Below, in pieces: positions 10,314-20,846 of a DNA stretch of 50,084 nucleotides (position 1 is its first letter; each line of letters opens with the position of its first letter). The stretch comes from Desulfuromonas sp. Lineage in GTDB: Bacteria; Desulfobacterota; Desulfuromonadia; Desulfuromonadales; BM103. The translations under genes were made by a program, and so were the position numbers. The notes under the pieces are model-generated. The model was not told the DNA's origin, did not search any database, and saw only the letters and a program-made list of their open reading frames with translations. The DNA lies in assembly GCA_002869725.1 (NCBI GenBank), contig PKTY01000137.1, positions 1 to 50,084 of the forward strand, read 5' to 3'.

Positions 10314-11672
10314 GTGACCAACTTTACCCCGCGCGAAATTGTTTCTGAACTCGACCGCTACATTGTCGGCCAGAAGAAGGCCAAACGAGCCGTGGCTGTG
10401 GCCCTGCGCAATCGCTGGCGCCGACAGCAGGTCGCCAGTGAACTGCGCGAAGAGATCGCCCCTAAAAATATCATCATGATCGGCCCGACCGGGGTCGGCA
10501 AGACCGAGATCGCCCGCCGCCTCGCCAAGCTCGCGCAGGCCCCTTTTATCAAAGTCGAGGCGAGCAAATTTACCGAGGTCGGATATGTCGGCCGCGACGT
10601 CGAAAGCATGGTCCGCGACCTGCTGGAGTTGGCCATCCTGATGGTCAAGGAAGAGGAAGCCCGCAAGCAGCGGGTCAAGGCCGAGGATCTCGCCGAGGAA
10701 CGTCTCCTCGACCTGCTGCTTCCCGGTGGAGTCCACAACGCCGAACCGGGATCCACCACCGACCTGTCCACCGAAACGGCTGCGGATCGCGAAGGCACAA
10801 CCCGTGACAAACTGCGTCGTCTGCTGCGCATGGGTGAACTCGACCAGCGGATGGTCGAGGTCGAAGTTCAGGATACCCAGTTACCGACCATGCAGGTTTT
10901 CGGCCCCCAGGGGCTGGAAGAGATGGGCTTCAACATGAAGGAGATGCTCGGCAACCTCTTTCCGAAAAAGAACAAGCGGCGCAAGATGTCGGTGGCCGAA
11001 GCCCGGCAACTGCTGATCGACCTCGAAGCCGAAAAACTGGTCGACATGGACAGAGTCCAGACGCTGGCCAGGGAACGCACCGAACAGAGCGGTATCATTT
11101 TCATCGACGAGATCGACAAGATCGCCAGCCGCGAGGGGGGCCGAGGTCCCGAAGTTTCCCGTGAAGGGGTACAGCGCGACATTCTGCCGATCGTCGAGGG
11201 GAGTACGGTCAACACCAAGTACGGCCCGGTGAAGACCGACCACATTCTGTTCATTGCCGCCGGGGCCTTTCATATCGCCAAGCCTTCCGATCTGATTCCG
11301 GAACTGCAAGGCCGCTTTCCGATTCGGGTCGAACTGGAGAACCTTGAAGAGGCCGATTTCGTACGGATTCTCACCGAACCGAAGAACGCCCTGATCCGCC
11401 AGTATACCGCCTTGATGGAGACCGAAGGGATCGATCTCGAGTTTGGCGAAGACGCCATCGACGAGATTGCCCGAACTGCGGCCCAGGTCAATCAACAGAC
11501 CGAGAACATCGGCGCCCGCCGCCTGCACACCATCATGGAGACACTCCTCGAGGAACTCTCCTTTGACGCCCCGGAGAGGACGAACCGGCAGATAAAAATC
11601 GATTCCTCGTTTGTGCGCGGACGCCTGGAGGACATTGCCTCCGATATTGACCTGTCGAGGTACATTCTGTGA
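10314..11672 (+). CDS. hslU: ATP-dependent protease ATPase subunit HslU
   Basis: N-terminus [33 protein letters not shown], Walker [16 protein letters not shown] and Walker [14 protein letters not shown] start directly after the hslV stop. Confidence 0.97.
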   Translation: MTNFTPREIVSELDRYIVGQKKAKRAVAVALRNRWRRQQVASELREEIAPKNIIMIGPTGVGKTEIARRLAKLAQAPFIKVEASKFTEVGYVGRDVESMVRDLLELAILMVKEEEARKQRVKAEDLAEERLLDLLLPGGVHNAEPGSTTDLSTETAADREGTTRDKLRRLLRMGELDQRMVEVEVQDTQLPTMQVFGPQGLEEMGFNMKEMLGNLFPKKNKRRKMSVAEARQLLIDLEAEKLVDMDRVQTLARERTEQSGIIFIDEIDKIASREGGRGPEVSREGVQRDILPIVEGSTVNTKYGPVKTDHILFIAAGAFHIAKPSDLIPELQGRFPIRVELENLEEADFVRILTEPKNALIRQYTALMETEGIDLEFGEDAIDEIARTAAQVNQQTENIGARRLHTIMETLLEELSFDAPERTNRQIKIDSSFVRGRLEDIASDIDLSRYIL

Positions 11673-11757
11673 GTCTGAGTGTTTAAGTGACCTCTCGGAT
11701 GATGTTTGTGCTGTTCGAGCCCCTATGTAAAGCGCCAGTTGACGAGCAGAGGAGCGC

Positions 11758-12636
11758 ATGGAAGAACTGATCAGAAAAGCCAACGTGTTGATGGAGGCAC
11801 TCCCCTACATCAAGCGTTTTTCCGGCAAGACCTTCGTCATCAAGTATGGTGGCCACGCTATGGCCGACGAGCGGCTCAAGGAGAGCTTCGCTCTCGATGT
11901 CATCCTCCTTAAGTCGTTGGGGATCAACACGGTGATCGTCCATGGCGGCGGACCGCAGATCAACCATACTCTCAAGCGCTACGGGATCGTCTCCAACTTT
12001 GTGCGCGGCATGCGGGTCACCGATGCTGACACCATGAGCGTGGTGGAGATGGTGCTGGTCGGCCAGGTCAACAAGGAAGTGGTCGGCTACCTCAATCAGC
12101 ACGGCGGCCGTGCGGTTGGTCTGTCCGGCAAGGATGGCACCCTGCTCCTGTCGAAAAAGCTGCTGCAGGAGGTGTTGCGAGAGGACGGTACTCCCGAAGA
12201 GGTCGATCTCGGCTTTGTGGGCGATGTTGTACGGGTTAATAACGACCTGCTGACCACTCTCAAAGAGGGTGGCTACCTGCCGGTGATCGCTCCGGTCGGG
12301 GTCGGCCCGCAAGGGGAATGCTACAACATCAACGCCGATCTGGTGGCCGGCCGGGTGGCTGCGGCCCTCAATGCCGAGAAACTGATCCTGCTCACCGACA
12401 CACCGGGAGTGCTCGATGGCGGCGGCAAGCTGCTGCCGAGCATCGCAGTCGCGGAAATGCACCGCCTGATCCGCGAGGGAGCGATCACCGGAGGGATGAT
12501 TCCCAAGGTCGAGTGCTGCGCAGCAGCCCTTAACGAGGGGATCAAAAAAGCCCATATCATTGACGGCCGGGTCGAACATGCGGTCCTGCTCGAAATCTTC
12601 ACCGACCGCGGCGTGGGGACCGAGATCAACCGCTAG
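11758..12636 (+). CDS. argB: acetylglutamate kinase
   Basis: [19 protein letters not shown] and the overall amino-acid kinase fold sequence. It is the first gene of an arg cluster. Confidence 0.95.
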   Translation: MEELIRKANVLMEALPYIKRFSGKTFVIKYGGHAMADERLKESFALDVILLKSLGINTVIVHGGGPQINHTLKRYGIVSNFVRGMRVTDADTMSVVEMVLVGQVNKEVVGYLNQHGGRAVGLSGKDGTLLLSKKLLQEVLREDGTPEEVDLGFVGDVVRVNNDLLTTLKEGGYLPVIAPVGVGPQGECYNINADLVAGRVAAALNAEKLILLTDTPGVLDGGGKLLPSIAVAEMHRLIREGAITGGMIPKVECCAAALNEGIKKAHIIDGRVEHAVLLEIFTDRGVGTEINR

Positions 12637-12715
12637 AGTGCTCTTCCTCAAAGGGGCCGAGCAACGCGTTCCCCTTGCGACGGCCACAACTTGATACATA
12701 AACGGATTTCAAACC

Positions 12716-13924
12716 ATGACAGTCACCGGAACTTCAAAACAGTGGATCAATCGCGCCGACCGGGTGGTGATGAAGACCTACGGTCGCTACCCCCTGGTCC
12801 CGGTCCGCGGCGAGGGCTGCCGCCTGTGGGACGCCGATGGCCGGGAGTATCTCGACTTTCTGGCCGGGGTCGCGGTCAACAACCTGGGGCACTGCCACCC
12901 ACAGGTGGTAGAGGCTCTTCAGCAACAGGCCGCCCAGCTGATTCACTGCTCCAACTTCTACCACATCCCCCAGCAGATTGAACTGGCCGAATGGCTCTGT
13001 GAGCACTCCTTCGCCGAACGGGTCTTCTTCTGCAATTCGGGGGCCGAGGCCAACGAAGCGGCGATCAAGCTGGCTCGCAAGCAGAGCATGGAGCGCTTTG
13101 GTGAAAACCGCTTCGAAGTGATCACCGCCCAGGCCTCTTTTCACGGCCGCACCCTCGCCACCATCAGCGCCACCGGCCAGGACAAGGTCAAGGCCGGCTT
13201 CAACCCGCTGCTCCCCGGCTTCAAAAATGTCCCGTTTGGTGACATCAACACTCTCGCCGCGGCGATCGGACCCCAGACCTGCGCGATCATGCTCGAACCG
13301 GTGCAGGGCGAGGGAGGAGTCAACGTCCCTCCTGCCGGCTATCTCAAACAGGTTCGCGAACTGTGCGACCGCCAAAACCTACTGCTGATTTTTGACGAGG
13401 TGCAAGTCGGCTGCGGCCGCACCGGAACCCTCTGGGCTTATCAGCAGCAGGGGATCGTCCCCAACCTGATGACTCTGGCCAAAGCCCTGGCCGGCGGACC
13501 GCCCATCGGCGCCCTGCTGGCGACCGAACAGCTCGCTTCATCTCTCGGTCCCGGGACCCATGGTTCGACCTTCGGCGGCAACCCCCTGATGTGCACCGCT
13601 GCCCTGGCGGCCATGCGGACTCTCACTGAAGGCGGCGTCCTCGACAACTGCGTGGCCATGGGCGACTACCTGCGGCAGAGGCTTCTGCAGTTCAAAGACA
13701 AATACTCCTTCGTTCGTGAAGTCCGCGGACAGGGACTGATCCTCGGCATGGAGCTTGATATTGATGGGGGCGAGATCGTGGTTGCTGCCATGGAGCAGGG
13801 TCTGCTGATCAACTGCACAGCCGGCAAGGTGTTGCGGTTCGTTCCACCGCTGATCGTCAGCCAGGAGGAGATCGATCAGGCGATCGATATTCTCGACCGG
13901 GTGCTGGCCACCGTTTCGGTCTGA
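12716..13924 (+). CDS. argD: acetylornithine aminotransferase
   Basis: Class III PLP aminotransferase with LIFDEVQVGCGRTG and the TLAKALAGG lysine region. It sits between argB and argF. Confidence 0.92.
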   Translation: MTVTGTSKQWINRADRVVMKTYGRYPLVPVRGEGCRLWDADGREYLDFLAGVAVNNLGHCHPQVVEALQQQAAQLIHCSNFYHIPQQIELAEWLCEHSFAERVFFCNSGAEANEAAIKLARKQSMERFGENRFEVITAQASFHGRTLATISATGQDKVKAGFNPLLPGFKNVPFGDINTLAAAIGPQTCAIMLEPVQGEGGVNVPPAGYLKQVRELCDRQNLLLIFDEVQVGCGRTGTLWAYQQQGIVPNLMTLAKALAGGPPIGALLATEQLASSLGPGTHGSTFGGNPLMCTAALAAMRTLTEGGVLDNCVAMGDYLRQRLLQFKDKYSFVREVRGQGLILGMELDIDGGEIVVAAMEQGLLINCTAGKVLRFVPPLIVSQEEIDQAIDILDRVLATVSV

Positions 13925-13929
13925 GTCAC

Positions 13930-14667
13930 ATGACTGCTCTTCCGCGGCAAAAGCTGCTGCACGGCGATTGCCTGGAACATCTGCAAAAGCTCGGGGACGA
14001 TTCGGTTGATCTGATCCTCACCGATCCGCCCTATAACATCAGCACCTACTCGACCGGCAACATGAACTTCAAGTGGCGCCCGGAGATCAATAACGATCTG
14101 GCCGGCTGGGATCAGGCCTTTGACCCGGCCAGGATCAAGGAGCAGCTACTGCGGGTGTTGAAGCCGACAGGAAACATGTTCGCGTTCTGCTCCTACAACA
14201 CCATCGGCCGCTGGCACCAGCTGTTCGACCCGGTGTTCGACACCTTCCAGTTCTTCGTCTGGCACAAGAGCAATCCAGTACCGAAGGTGCGCCGTCAGGG
14301 TTTTCTCAACAGCTGCGAGCTAATCGTCTGCATGTGGAACCGGGGCCACAGCTGGAACTTCGGGCGACAAAGCGAGATGCACAATTTTTTCGAAGGACCG
14401 ATCTGCATGGGTCCGGAACGTCTCAAGGACCCGAAACACCCGACCCAGAAACCGGTCCGTCTGCTTGAACATCTGATCGGAATCGCCAGCAACCCGGGAG
14501 ATACCGTTCTTGACCCTTTTATGGGGGTCGGCTCCACCGGCGCCGCCGCCATCAAACTGGAGCGAAATTTTATCGGCATGGAAGTCGATGAGAGCTATTT
14601 CAAAGCCGCCCAAAAGCGGCTGTTTGAATTCGAAGCGGACACCGTTTCTCAAGGAGAGTTGATGTGA
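13930..14667 (+). CDS. beta-class DNA methyltransferase (N6-adenine or N4-cytosine; DPPY type), with no restriction partner nearby
   Basis: Catalytic motif IV DPPY at residues 32-35 (VDLILTDPPYNIS). The AdoMet motif I lies near the C-terminus (VLDPFMGVGSTGAAA, NFIGMEVD), giving the permuted beta-class order. The stop overlaps the argF GTG start. Confidence 0.85.
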   Translation: MTALPRQKLLHGDCLEHLQKLGDDSVDLILTDPPYNISTYSTGNMNFKWRPEINNDLAGWDQAFDPARIKEQLLRVLKPTGNMFAFCSYNTIGRWHQLFDPVFDTFQFFVWHKSNPVPKVRRQGFLNSCELIVCMWNRGHSWNFGRQSEMHNFFEGPICMGPERLKDPKHPTQKPVRLLEHLIGIASNPGDTVLDPFMGVGSTGAAAIKLERNFIGMEVDESYFKAAQKRLFEFEADTVSQGELM

Positions 14668-15572
14668 ACAAAGATTTTCTCAGTCTCAGCGACTGGAATC
14701 GCAGCGATCTGGACAAAATTTTTGACCTGACCAGAGACCTCAAAGCCAAGCAGAAGCAGGGGGAAGCCCATCGGCTTTTGGCCGGCAAGACCCTCGGCAT
14801 GATCTTCGAGAAGAGTTCGACCCGCACCCGCGTCTCCTTTGAAGCCGGCATGTTCCAGCTCGGCGGTCACGCCCTGTTCCTGTCTTCAAGCAATACCCAG
14901 ATGGGGCGTGGCGAACCAGTCAAGGACACCGCACGCTGCATGGCCCGCTATGTCGACGGGGTAATGATCCGCACCTTTTCCCAGCAAGTGGTCGAGGAGT
15001 TTGCCGCCTATTGCGATGTGCCTGTGGTCAACGGCCTGACCGACCTCTATCACCCCTGCCAGCTGATGGCCGACATCTTTACCGTCATGGAGCACAAGGG
15101 GGAGTACCAGAATCTTCGTTTCTGCTGGATCGGTGATGGCAACAACATGGCCAACAGCTGGATCAACGCCGCCACGGCTTTCGGCTTCGAACTGCGCATC
15201 GCCACTCCCAAGGGCTACCACCCGGACGCAGACGTCATGGAACGAGCCACCAAGCAAGGCGCGAACATCATCTACACCAACGACCCGCGCGAAGCGGCCC
15301 GCAACGCCCAGGTCTTAAGTACCGATGTCTGGGCAAGTATGGGCCAGGAAGCCGAGCAGCAGAAACGCCAGCAGGACTTTGTCGGTTATCAGATCAATAT
15401 GGATCTTCTCAAGCTGGCTGATCCTGAATCGGTGGTCATGCACTGCCTGCCGGCCCATCGCGACGAGGAGATTACCGACGAGGTGATGGAGAGCCGCCAT
15501 TCGATCATCTACGACCAGGCCGAGAACCGGCTTCATGTCCAGAAGGCGATCATGGCCACACTAATGGCGTAA
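14664..15572 (+). CDS. argF: ornithine carbamoyltransferase
   Basis: SSTRTRVSFE, HPCQLMAD and HCLPAHRDEE motifs. The GTG start is preceded by AAGGAGAG, which lies inside the methyltransferase 3' end. Confidence 0.95.
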   Translation: MNKDFLSLSDWNRSDLDKIFDLTRDLKAKQKQGEAHRLLAGKTLGMIFEKSSTRTRVSFEAGMFQLGGHALFLSSSNTQMGRGEPVKDTARCMARYVDGVMIRTFSQQVVEEFAAYCDVPVVNGLTDLYHPCQLMADIFTVMEHKGEYQNLRFCWIGDGNNMANSWINAATAFGFELRIATPKGYHPDADVMERATKQGANIIYTNDPREAARNAQVLSTDVWASMGQEAEQQKRQQDFVGYQINMDLLKLADPESVVMHCLPAHRDEEITDEVMESRHSIIYDQAENRLHVQKAIMATLMA

Positions 15573-15671
15573 CGCGAGAGAGGGTATCAGGGGACAGCTG
15601 TTCCGGCCGTCCAAAGAGCTTTCACCGCCCCTGTGTTGGCCAACCCGCTCAAACCCTAAGGAACGAAAGCG

Positions 15672-16427
15672 TTGACCGATTCAATCCAGATCAGCTGCCC
15701 GCATTGCGGTTTCGCACGAGAGACCGATCCTGCCCGTGTCCCGAACCGGCCGGTCAAGGTCAACTGCCCCCAGTGTCAGCAATCTTTCGCCTTCGACAAA
15801 GAGGCTGAGGCCAGCCCGGCTGACCAGCTGCCGCAGAATGAGAACAACAGCGCGAGGCCAATTCCCTCCCAGACCAGCTGTCCGGCCTGTGGCCTCACCC
15901 AGTCAACCGCAGATCGCTGCTCCGGCTGCGGAGTCATCTACGCCCGCTGGCACCAGCGAATGGACCAGACCGTTCCCCCTGCCGCGGAGACTGAAAAACC
16001 CCTGGAATACGCAGGCTTCTGGGTCCGGCTGGTCGCCTACCTCATCGACTCCCTGATCATCGGTGCCGTGCAGCTGGTGCTGACCCTGATTCTGACCTTC
16101 AGCGTCGGACTGCTCGGCGACTTCAGCGAGCAGGGAGAGGCGGCCATGGGGATGATCGTTTCTCTGTTCAGCGTAGCCTTAGGCCTCGGCTATGCCGTCT
16201 TTTTCACCGGCCACTGCGGCCAGACTCCAGGCAAGATGGCGTTGCGCATCAAGGTCATCCACATCGACGGCTCGCAGATCTCCTACGGCCGGGCGGCCCT
16301 GCGCGAAATCCCCGCCAAATTTATCTCGGGGATCCTGCTCGGCATCGGCTACCTGATGGTCGCCTTCGACGACAAAAAACAGGGGCTTCACGACCGCATC
16401 GCCAACACTTATGTGATAAAACTTTGA
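15672..16427 (+). CDS. RDD-family membrane protein with two N-terminal zinc-ribbon motifs
   Basis: CPHC..(18)..CPQC and CPAC..(10)..CSGC are followed by a three-helix hydrophobic domain. That domain has R/D/D-type residues (YAGFWVRLVAYLIDSLI ... GLHDRIANTYVI). TTG start with AAGGAA upstream. Confidence 0.75.
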   Translation: MTDSIQISCPHCGFARETDPARVPNRPVKVNCPQCQQSFAFDKEAEASPADQLPQNENNSARPIPSQTSCPACGLTQSTADRCSGCGVIYARWHQRMDQTVPPAAETEKPLEYAGFWVRLVAYLIDSLIIGAVQLVLTLILTFSVGLLGDFSEQGEAAMGMIVSLFSVALGLGYAVFFTGHCGQTPGKMALRIKVIHIDGSQISYGRAALREIPAKFISGILLGIGYLMVAFDDKKQGLHDRIANTYVIKL

Positions 16428-16484
16428 GAGAGTCGTCCTGATCCATACAAAACAATCAATTCAACCCACAAAGGAGCAGTGATA

Positions 16485-17705
16485 ATGAGTAAACAAGGGT
16501 CTGTCAACAAGGTGGTCCTCGCCTATTCCGGGGGGCTTGACACCTCGATCATCCTCAAGTGGCTGGTCGAGGAGTACCAGTGTGAAGTGATCGCCTACTC
16601 AGCCGACCTCGGCCAGGGGGAAGAACTCGATCATATCCCCGAGAAAGCGAAGAAGACCGGGGCCAGTGCCTGCCACATTCTCGACCTCAAGGAAGAGTTC
16701 GCCCGCGACTTCGTGTTCCCGATGTTCCGCGCCAACGCCATCTACGAAGGGCGTTACTTCCTCGGAACCTCCATCGCCCGTCCGCTGATCTCCAAAGCAC
16801 AGATGGAGATTGCCGCCAAGGAAGGAGCTGACGCCGTCTCCCACGGAGCAACCGGCAAGGGGAACGACCAGGTTCGTTTCGAAATCGCCTACTACCATTT
16901 CGATCCGGCCATCAAGGTCATCGCCCCCTGGCGCGAGTGGGACCTGAAAAGCCGCACCGCTCTCGAAGAGTATGCCAAGAAACACGGCATCCCGGTGCCG
17001 ACCAGCAAAAAGTTCCCCTGGAGTTCGGATCGCAACCTGCTGCACATCTCCTTTGAGGGGGACATTCTGGAAAACCCCTGGGCCGAAGCCCCGGAGGAGA
17101 TGTACGTGTTGACCGTGCGTCCCGAGGACGCCCCGGATACGCCCGAATACGTCGAAATTGAGTTCGAAAAGGGGGATGCCGTAGCGGTCAACGGTGAACG
17201 GCTCTCCCCGGCCAACCTTCTGGCCAAGCTCAATGAACTCGGCGGCAAGCACGGGATCGGCCGGGTCGATCTTCTGGAGAACCGCTTCGTCGGCATGAAG
17301 AGTCGCGGCGTCTACGAGACCCCCGGCGGGACTATCCTCGAAGAGGCGCACCGGGCCGTGGAATCGATCACCATGGACCGCGAAGTCATGCACCTGCGCG
17401 ACTCCCTGGTGCCGCGCTACGCCAGCATGATCTACAACGGCTTCTGGTTCTCTCCGGAGCGCCAGGTGCTCCAGGCGCTGATCGACGAGTCGCAGAAGAC
17501 TGTCAACGGCAAGGCGCGTATCAAGCTCTACAAGGGACATGCCAGGGTGGTCGGCCGCGATTCGACCAGCGACAGCCTGTTTAACGTCGACTTTGCTACC
17601 TTCGAAGCCGACGAGGTTTACAACCAGGCCGATGCCGAAGGATTCATCAAGCTCAACGCCCTGCGCATGCGCATCGCGGCGATGCAACGGCAAGCCAAAT
17701 CATGA
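16485..17705 (+). CDS. argG: argininosuccinate synthase
   Basis: PP-loop AYSGGLDTS and full-length ArgG similarity. ATG 16485 is preferred over GTG 16479 because of spacing to the AAGGAG site. Confidence 0.97.
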   Translation: MSKQGSVNKVVLAYSGGLDTSIILKWLVEEYQCEVIAYSADLGQGEELDHIPEKAKKTGASACHILDLKEEFARDFVFPMFRANAIYEGRYFLGTSIARPLISKAQMEIAAKEGADAVSHGATGKGNDQVRFEIAYYHFDPAIKVIAPWREWDLKSRTALEEYAKKHGIPVPTSKKFPWSSDRNLLHISFEGDILENPWAEAPEEMYVLTVRPEDAPDTPEYVEIEFEKGDAVAVNGERLSPANLLAKLNELGGKHGIGRVDLLENRFVGMKSRGVYETPGGTILEEAHRAVESITMDREVMHLRDSLVPRYASMIYNGFWFSPERQVLQALIDESQKTVNGKARIKLYKGHARVVGRDSTSDSLFNVDFATFEADEVYNQADAEGFIKLNALRMRIAAMQRQAKS

Positions 17706-17714
17706 GGAGAGGTT

Positions 17715-17744
17715 TGCAGGGGCACAGCATGCCGTGCCCCTGCA
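17715..17744. repeat. REP-like palindromic element (11-bp perfect stem, 8-nt loop) between argG and the Nudix gene
   Basis: TGCAGGGGCAC-agcatgcc-GTGCCCCTGCA. There is no downstream T-run. The core AGGGGC.C..C.TG..G.GCCCCT is shared with the elements at 23506-23574. Confidence 0.8.
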
Positions 17745-17750
17745 GGCATC

Positions 17751-18242
17751 ATGGAATTTCACAAACAGCACATTCTGACCTCGGTGGTCGCCTGCATCAT
17801 CGATGAACAGAGCCGGGTCCTGCTCACGCGGCGCTGCATCGAGCCGTTTTGCGGCCAGTGGGTGATGCCGGGGGGCAAGATCGACCATGGCGAGCCGTTG
17901 CTGGAAGCGTTGCACCGGGAAGTGCGCGAAGAAGTCGGCCTGCAGATCCATGTCGATCGTCTGCTCGATGTCTACGAACACGTCGCCCATGGCGCCAATC
18001 GCAGTCATTACGTGATCCTCTACTATCGGGCTCACCCCCTCTCCCTGGAGCTCGCTCCCAACGGCGACGAGGTGACTGAAGCAGTCTGGGTCAGCGCCGA
18101 CCGGCTGGTGGAGTTCAACATGACCCCCGGCACCCGCCACATTCTGGCCCAGGTCTACCCTGGGCAGTTACGCGACCCCGGCCAGCCGGATGACGAACTG
18201 GCCAACCGCGACCTAGCCGAAAACCTGCGAATCTCCGGCTAG
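17751..18242 (+). CDS. NUDIX hydrolase
   Basis: Complete Nudix box GGKIDHGEPLLEALHREVREEVGL (GX5EX7REUXEEXGU). Confidence 0.85.
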   Translation: MEFHKQHILTSVVACIIDEQSRVLLTRRCIEPFCGQWVMPGGKIDHGEPLLEALHREVREEVGLQIHVDRLLDVYEHVAHGANRSHYVILYYRAHPLSLELAPNGDEVTEAVWVSADRLVEFNMTPGTRHILAQVYPGQLRDPGQPDDELANRDLAENLRISG

Positions 18243-18246
18243 CATC

Positions 18247-19458
18247 ATGTTTGAGATTGTCGAAAAACAGGTCCAGCTCAAGTTCCCGCCGGGACATCAC
18301 CTGCACTGCATGCTCTGCCAGATTCCAAACCGGATCGGCTGGCGGGATTCGGTCTGCCGGCTCCTCGATCCGGAGCCGAAATGGCGCCAGATCCATTCGA
18401 TCCTCGAACTGGTGGCAACCGGCACCGGCAACCTGAGCAAACTGCATTTCCTGATCTTTCCTGAAGCCTCTCTCCCCTTCGTTCATATCGATGAAGCCCT
18501 GGAGGAGATCGATCGCCGCTTTCGACCGAACACGGTCACCATCCTTGGCGTTGAACACATCAAGTTGCGCACCTACCTGGGGCTGCTCAAACAGTTCGCC
18601 GAGGATAACCAAGAGGCCCTGCAGAGTGTCCGGAAGGATTTGGCCGCCGCCGAGATCGACAGCATACCGGTCAACTGCTGCATCACCGCCATCAAGGAGG
18701 CCGATGGCCGACTGAGGGTCTTCCTGCAGGCCAAGCGCCACCCTTTCTTCGCCGAGGAGACCATCGACCCCTTCCACGACCTTTACCGTGGCAAGATCTT
18801 CCCGCTGCTGCGCTGCACCCCCAACGGCTTCAACTTCATGTCGCTGATCTGTCTCGACTATGTCTACCGCGACCTCTACCAGTCGAACATCACGGCAGTC
18901 ATCGACAAGGCCAACAGTCTGTTCCACCAGACCCGCCAGCGTCTCGACCTGCTCTGCGTCATTGAATGCAACCCCAAACCGGAGCACCGGGCATTTCGCG
19001 ATGTAGTCAACGGCTTCTACGGCGAGTATCTCGCCTACACCCCGGGGGTACGCGACACCGTCACCCTGTTCTGCAACAGCTCTGACCAGACCACCGGTCT
19101 GGGGGATCAGACCGACACTCAGTTCGGCCACTCGATGGTGGTCATGCACAAAAACCACAAGACGGTCAACGCCGCCAGCGACGAGTACCAGACCGACGAT
19201 TACCACGGGCTACCGGTCTGCCGCCTGCGTTTCGGAACCGAAACCCGGCTCTATTTCTTCAACCTGCCCTTATTTCACGAACTCGACCCGCGCACCACCC
19301 GCTACCCCCTGAAAATCCACGCGATTTATGAGGAGCAGGGAGGACATTGGGGGCGCCTTGCCGATCTGGCCAATGAACAAGCTATACTCAAACACGACTT
19401 CACCACAGCACAGAGGCTGGATGGTGCGGAGACTCGAAAAGGAACTGAACCACAATGA
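18247..19458 (+). CDS. hypothetical protein, divergent carbon-nitrogen hydrolase (nitrilase superfamily)-like, with a C-terminal extension
   Basis: Motifs appear in the canonical order and approximate spacing of the Glu-Lys-Cys triad. They are [10 protein letters not shown] (E73), [12 protein letters not shown] (K163), [11 protein letters not shown] (C202) and later FGHSMVV. Start is 4 nt after the Nudix stop, and the stop overlaps the argH ATG (ATGA). The family assignment rests on motifs only. Confidence 0.55.
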   Translation: MFEIVEKQVQLKFPPGHHLHCMLCQIPNRIGWRDSVCRLLDPEPKWRQIHSILELVATGTGNLSKLHFLIFPEASLPFVHIDEALEEIDRRFRPNTVTILGVEHIKLRTYLGLLKQFAEDNQEALQSVRKDLAAAEIDSIPVNCCITAIKEADGRLRVFLQAKRHPFFAEETIDPFHDLYRGKIFPLLRCTPNGFNFMSLICLDYVYRDLYQSNITAVIDKANSLFHQTRQRLDLLCVIECNPKPEHRAFRDVVNGFYGEYLAYTPGVRDTVTLFCNSSDQTTGLGDQTDTQFGHSMVVMHKNHKTVNAASDEYQTDDYHGLPVCRLRFGTETRLYFFNLPLFHELDPRTTRYPLKIHAIYEEQGGHWGRLADLANEQAILKHDFTTAQRLDGAETRKGTEPQ

Positions 19459-20846
19459 CAGAAAGTAAACTCTGGGGAGGACGTTTCTCCCAGCCGACCG
19501 ATGCCTTTGTCGAGGAGTTCACTGCCTCGATCCAGTTCGACCAGCGCCTCTACCGCTATGACATCCTCGGTTCGCAAGTTCACGCCCGGATGCTGGCCAA
19601 GCAGGGGATCATCGCTCACAACGATGCCGAAACCATTGTTGAAGGGCTGCAGGAGATTCTGACCGAGATCGAGGCCGGCGCCTTCGAGTTCTCGATCTCC
19701 CGCGAAGACATCCATATGAATATCGAGGCGCGCCTGATCGAGAAGATCGGCGCGACCGGAGGACGGTTGCATACCGCCCGCTCGCGCAATGACCAGGTGG
19801 CTCTTGATGTGCGTCTTTACCTGCGCGACGAGGTCGACGCCATCCACACCGCCATCGGCCGCCTGATCGCAGCCCTGCTTGAGCAGGCGGCCGGCAACCT
19901 CGATGTGATCATGCCGGGCTACACTCACCTGCAGACCGCTCAGCCAGTGCTGTTCGCCCATCATATGCTCGCCTATGTCGAGATGTTCAGCCGCGACGCC
20001 GGCCGTCTGCGCGACCTGCGCAAACGGCTCAACCTGCTGCCGCTGGGGGCCGGAGCCCTGGCCGGAACCACCTTCCCCATCGACCGCGAGTGGGTCGCCG
20101 AACAGCTCGACTTCGACGGGGTCACCCGCAACAGCCTCGACAGTGTTTCCGACCGCGACTTCGCCATCGAGTTCGGTAGTTTTTCCAGCCTGCTGATGAT
20201 GCACCTCTCGCGGCTCTCCGAGGAGTTGATCCTCTGGTCGAGTGCCGACTTCGCCTTCATCGACCTGTCCGACGCCTTCTGCACCGGTTCCTCAATCATG
20301 CCGCAGAAGAAGAACCCCGATGTCCCCGAACTGGTGCGCGGCAAGACCGGACGGGTCTACGGCAACCTGATCAGCCTTTTGACCCTGATGAAGTCGCTGC
20401 CTCTGGCCTACAACAAAGACATGCAGGAAGACAAGGAGCCCCTGTTCGATACCATCGACACAGTGCGCGGCAGTCTCAAGGTCTTTGCCGAGATGATTAG
20501 CGAGATGCAGGTCAAGCCGCAGGCAATGCGCCAGGCTGCTGGCCGTGGTTATTCGACAGCGACCGACATTGCCGACTACCTGGTCCGCAAGGGGCTGCCG
20601 TTTCGCAACGCCCACGAAGTGGTCGGCAAGACCGTGCGCTACTGCGTGGAGACCGGCAAGGACATCCCGGAGCTCAGCCTTGATGAATTCAGGCAGTTTT
20701 CAACCGATATTGAGGCCGATATCTTCGACTTCGTGACTCTTGAAGCCTCGGTCAACGCCCGCAGGGCGACCGGTGGCACCGCCCGCAGCTCGGTCGAGGG
20801 AGAAATTTCCCTGGCACGGAATCGGCTACAGACAGACTTTTCATGA
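19455..20846 (+). CDS. argH: argininosuccinate lyase
   Basis: Fumarate-lyase signature [12 protein letters not shown], plus [10 protein letters not shown]. Full length. Confidence 0.97.
   Translation: MTESKLWGGRFSQPTDAFVEEFTASIQFDQRLYRYDILGSQVHARMLAKQGIIAHNDAETIVEGLQEILTEIEAGAFEFSISREDIHMNIEARLIEKIGATGGRLHTARSRNDQVALDVRLYLRDEVDAIHTAIGRLIAALLEQAAGNLDVIMPGYTHLQTAQPVLFAHHMLAYVEMFSRDAGRLRDLRKRLNLLPLGAGALAGTTFPIDREWVAEQLDFDGVTRNSLDSVSDRDFAIEFGSFSSLLMMHLSRLSEELILWSSADFAFIDLSDAFCTGSSIMPQKKNPDVPELVRGKTGRVYGNLISLLTLMKSLPLAYNKDMQEDKEPLFDTIDTVRGSLKVFAEMISEMQVKPQAMRQAAGRGYSTATDIADYLVRKGLPFRNAHEVVGKTVRYCVETGKDIPELSLDEFRQFSTDIEADIFDFVTLEASVNARRATGGTARSSVEGEISLARNRLQTDFS

Noticed and set aside
11683-12699. 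338-aa minus-strand ORF
   Set aside because: It is antisense to argB, so it is a shadow ORF.
12637-12715. AAGGGG...CCCCTT and, at 15573-15671, CAGGGG...CCCCTG segments as possible degenerate REP copies
   Set aside because: Only the outer 6-bp arms pair and the interiors are not palindromic. Similarity to the GTAGGGGCGCA family is too weak to assert.
16599-17693. 364-aa minus-strand ORF
   Set aside because: It is antisense to argG, so it is a shadow ORF.
18115-19206. 363-aa minus-strand ORF opposite the CN-hydrolase-like gene
   Set aside because: I considered it as the real gene because the plus-strand product is unassigned. The minus product has shadow-ORF composition. The plus ORF has ordered catalytic-type motifs and start/stop coupling to the Nudix gene and argH.
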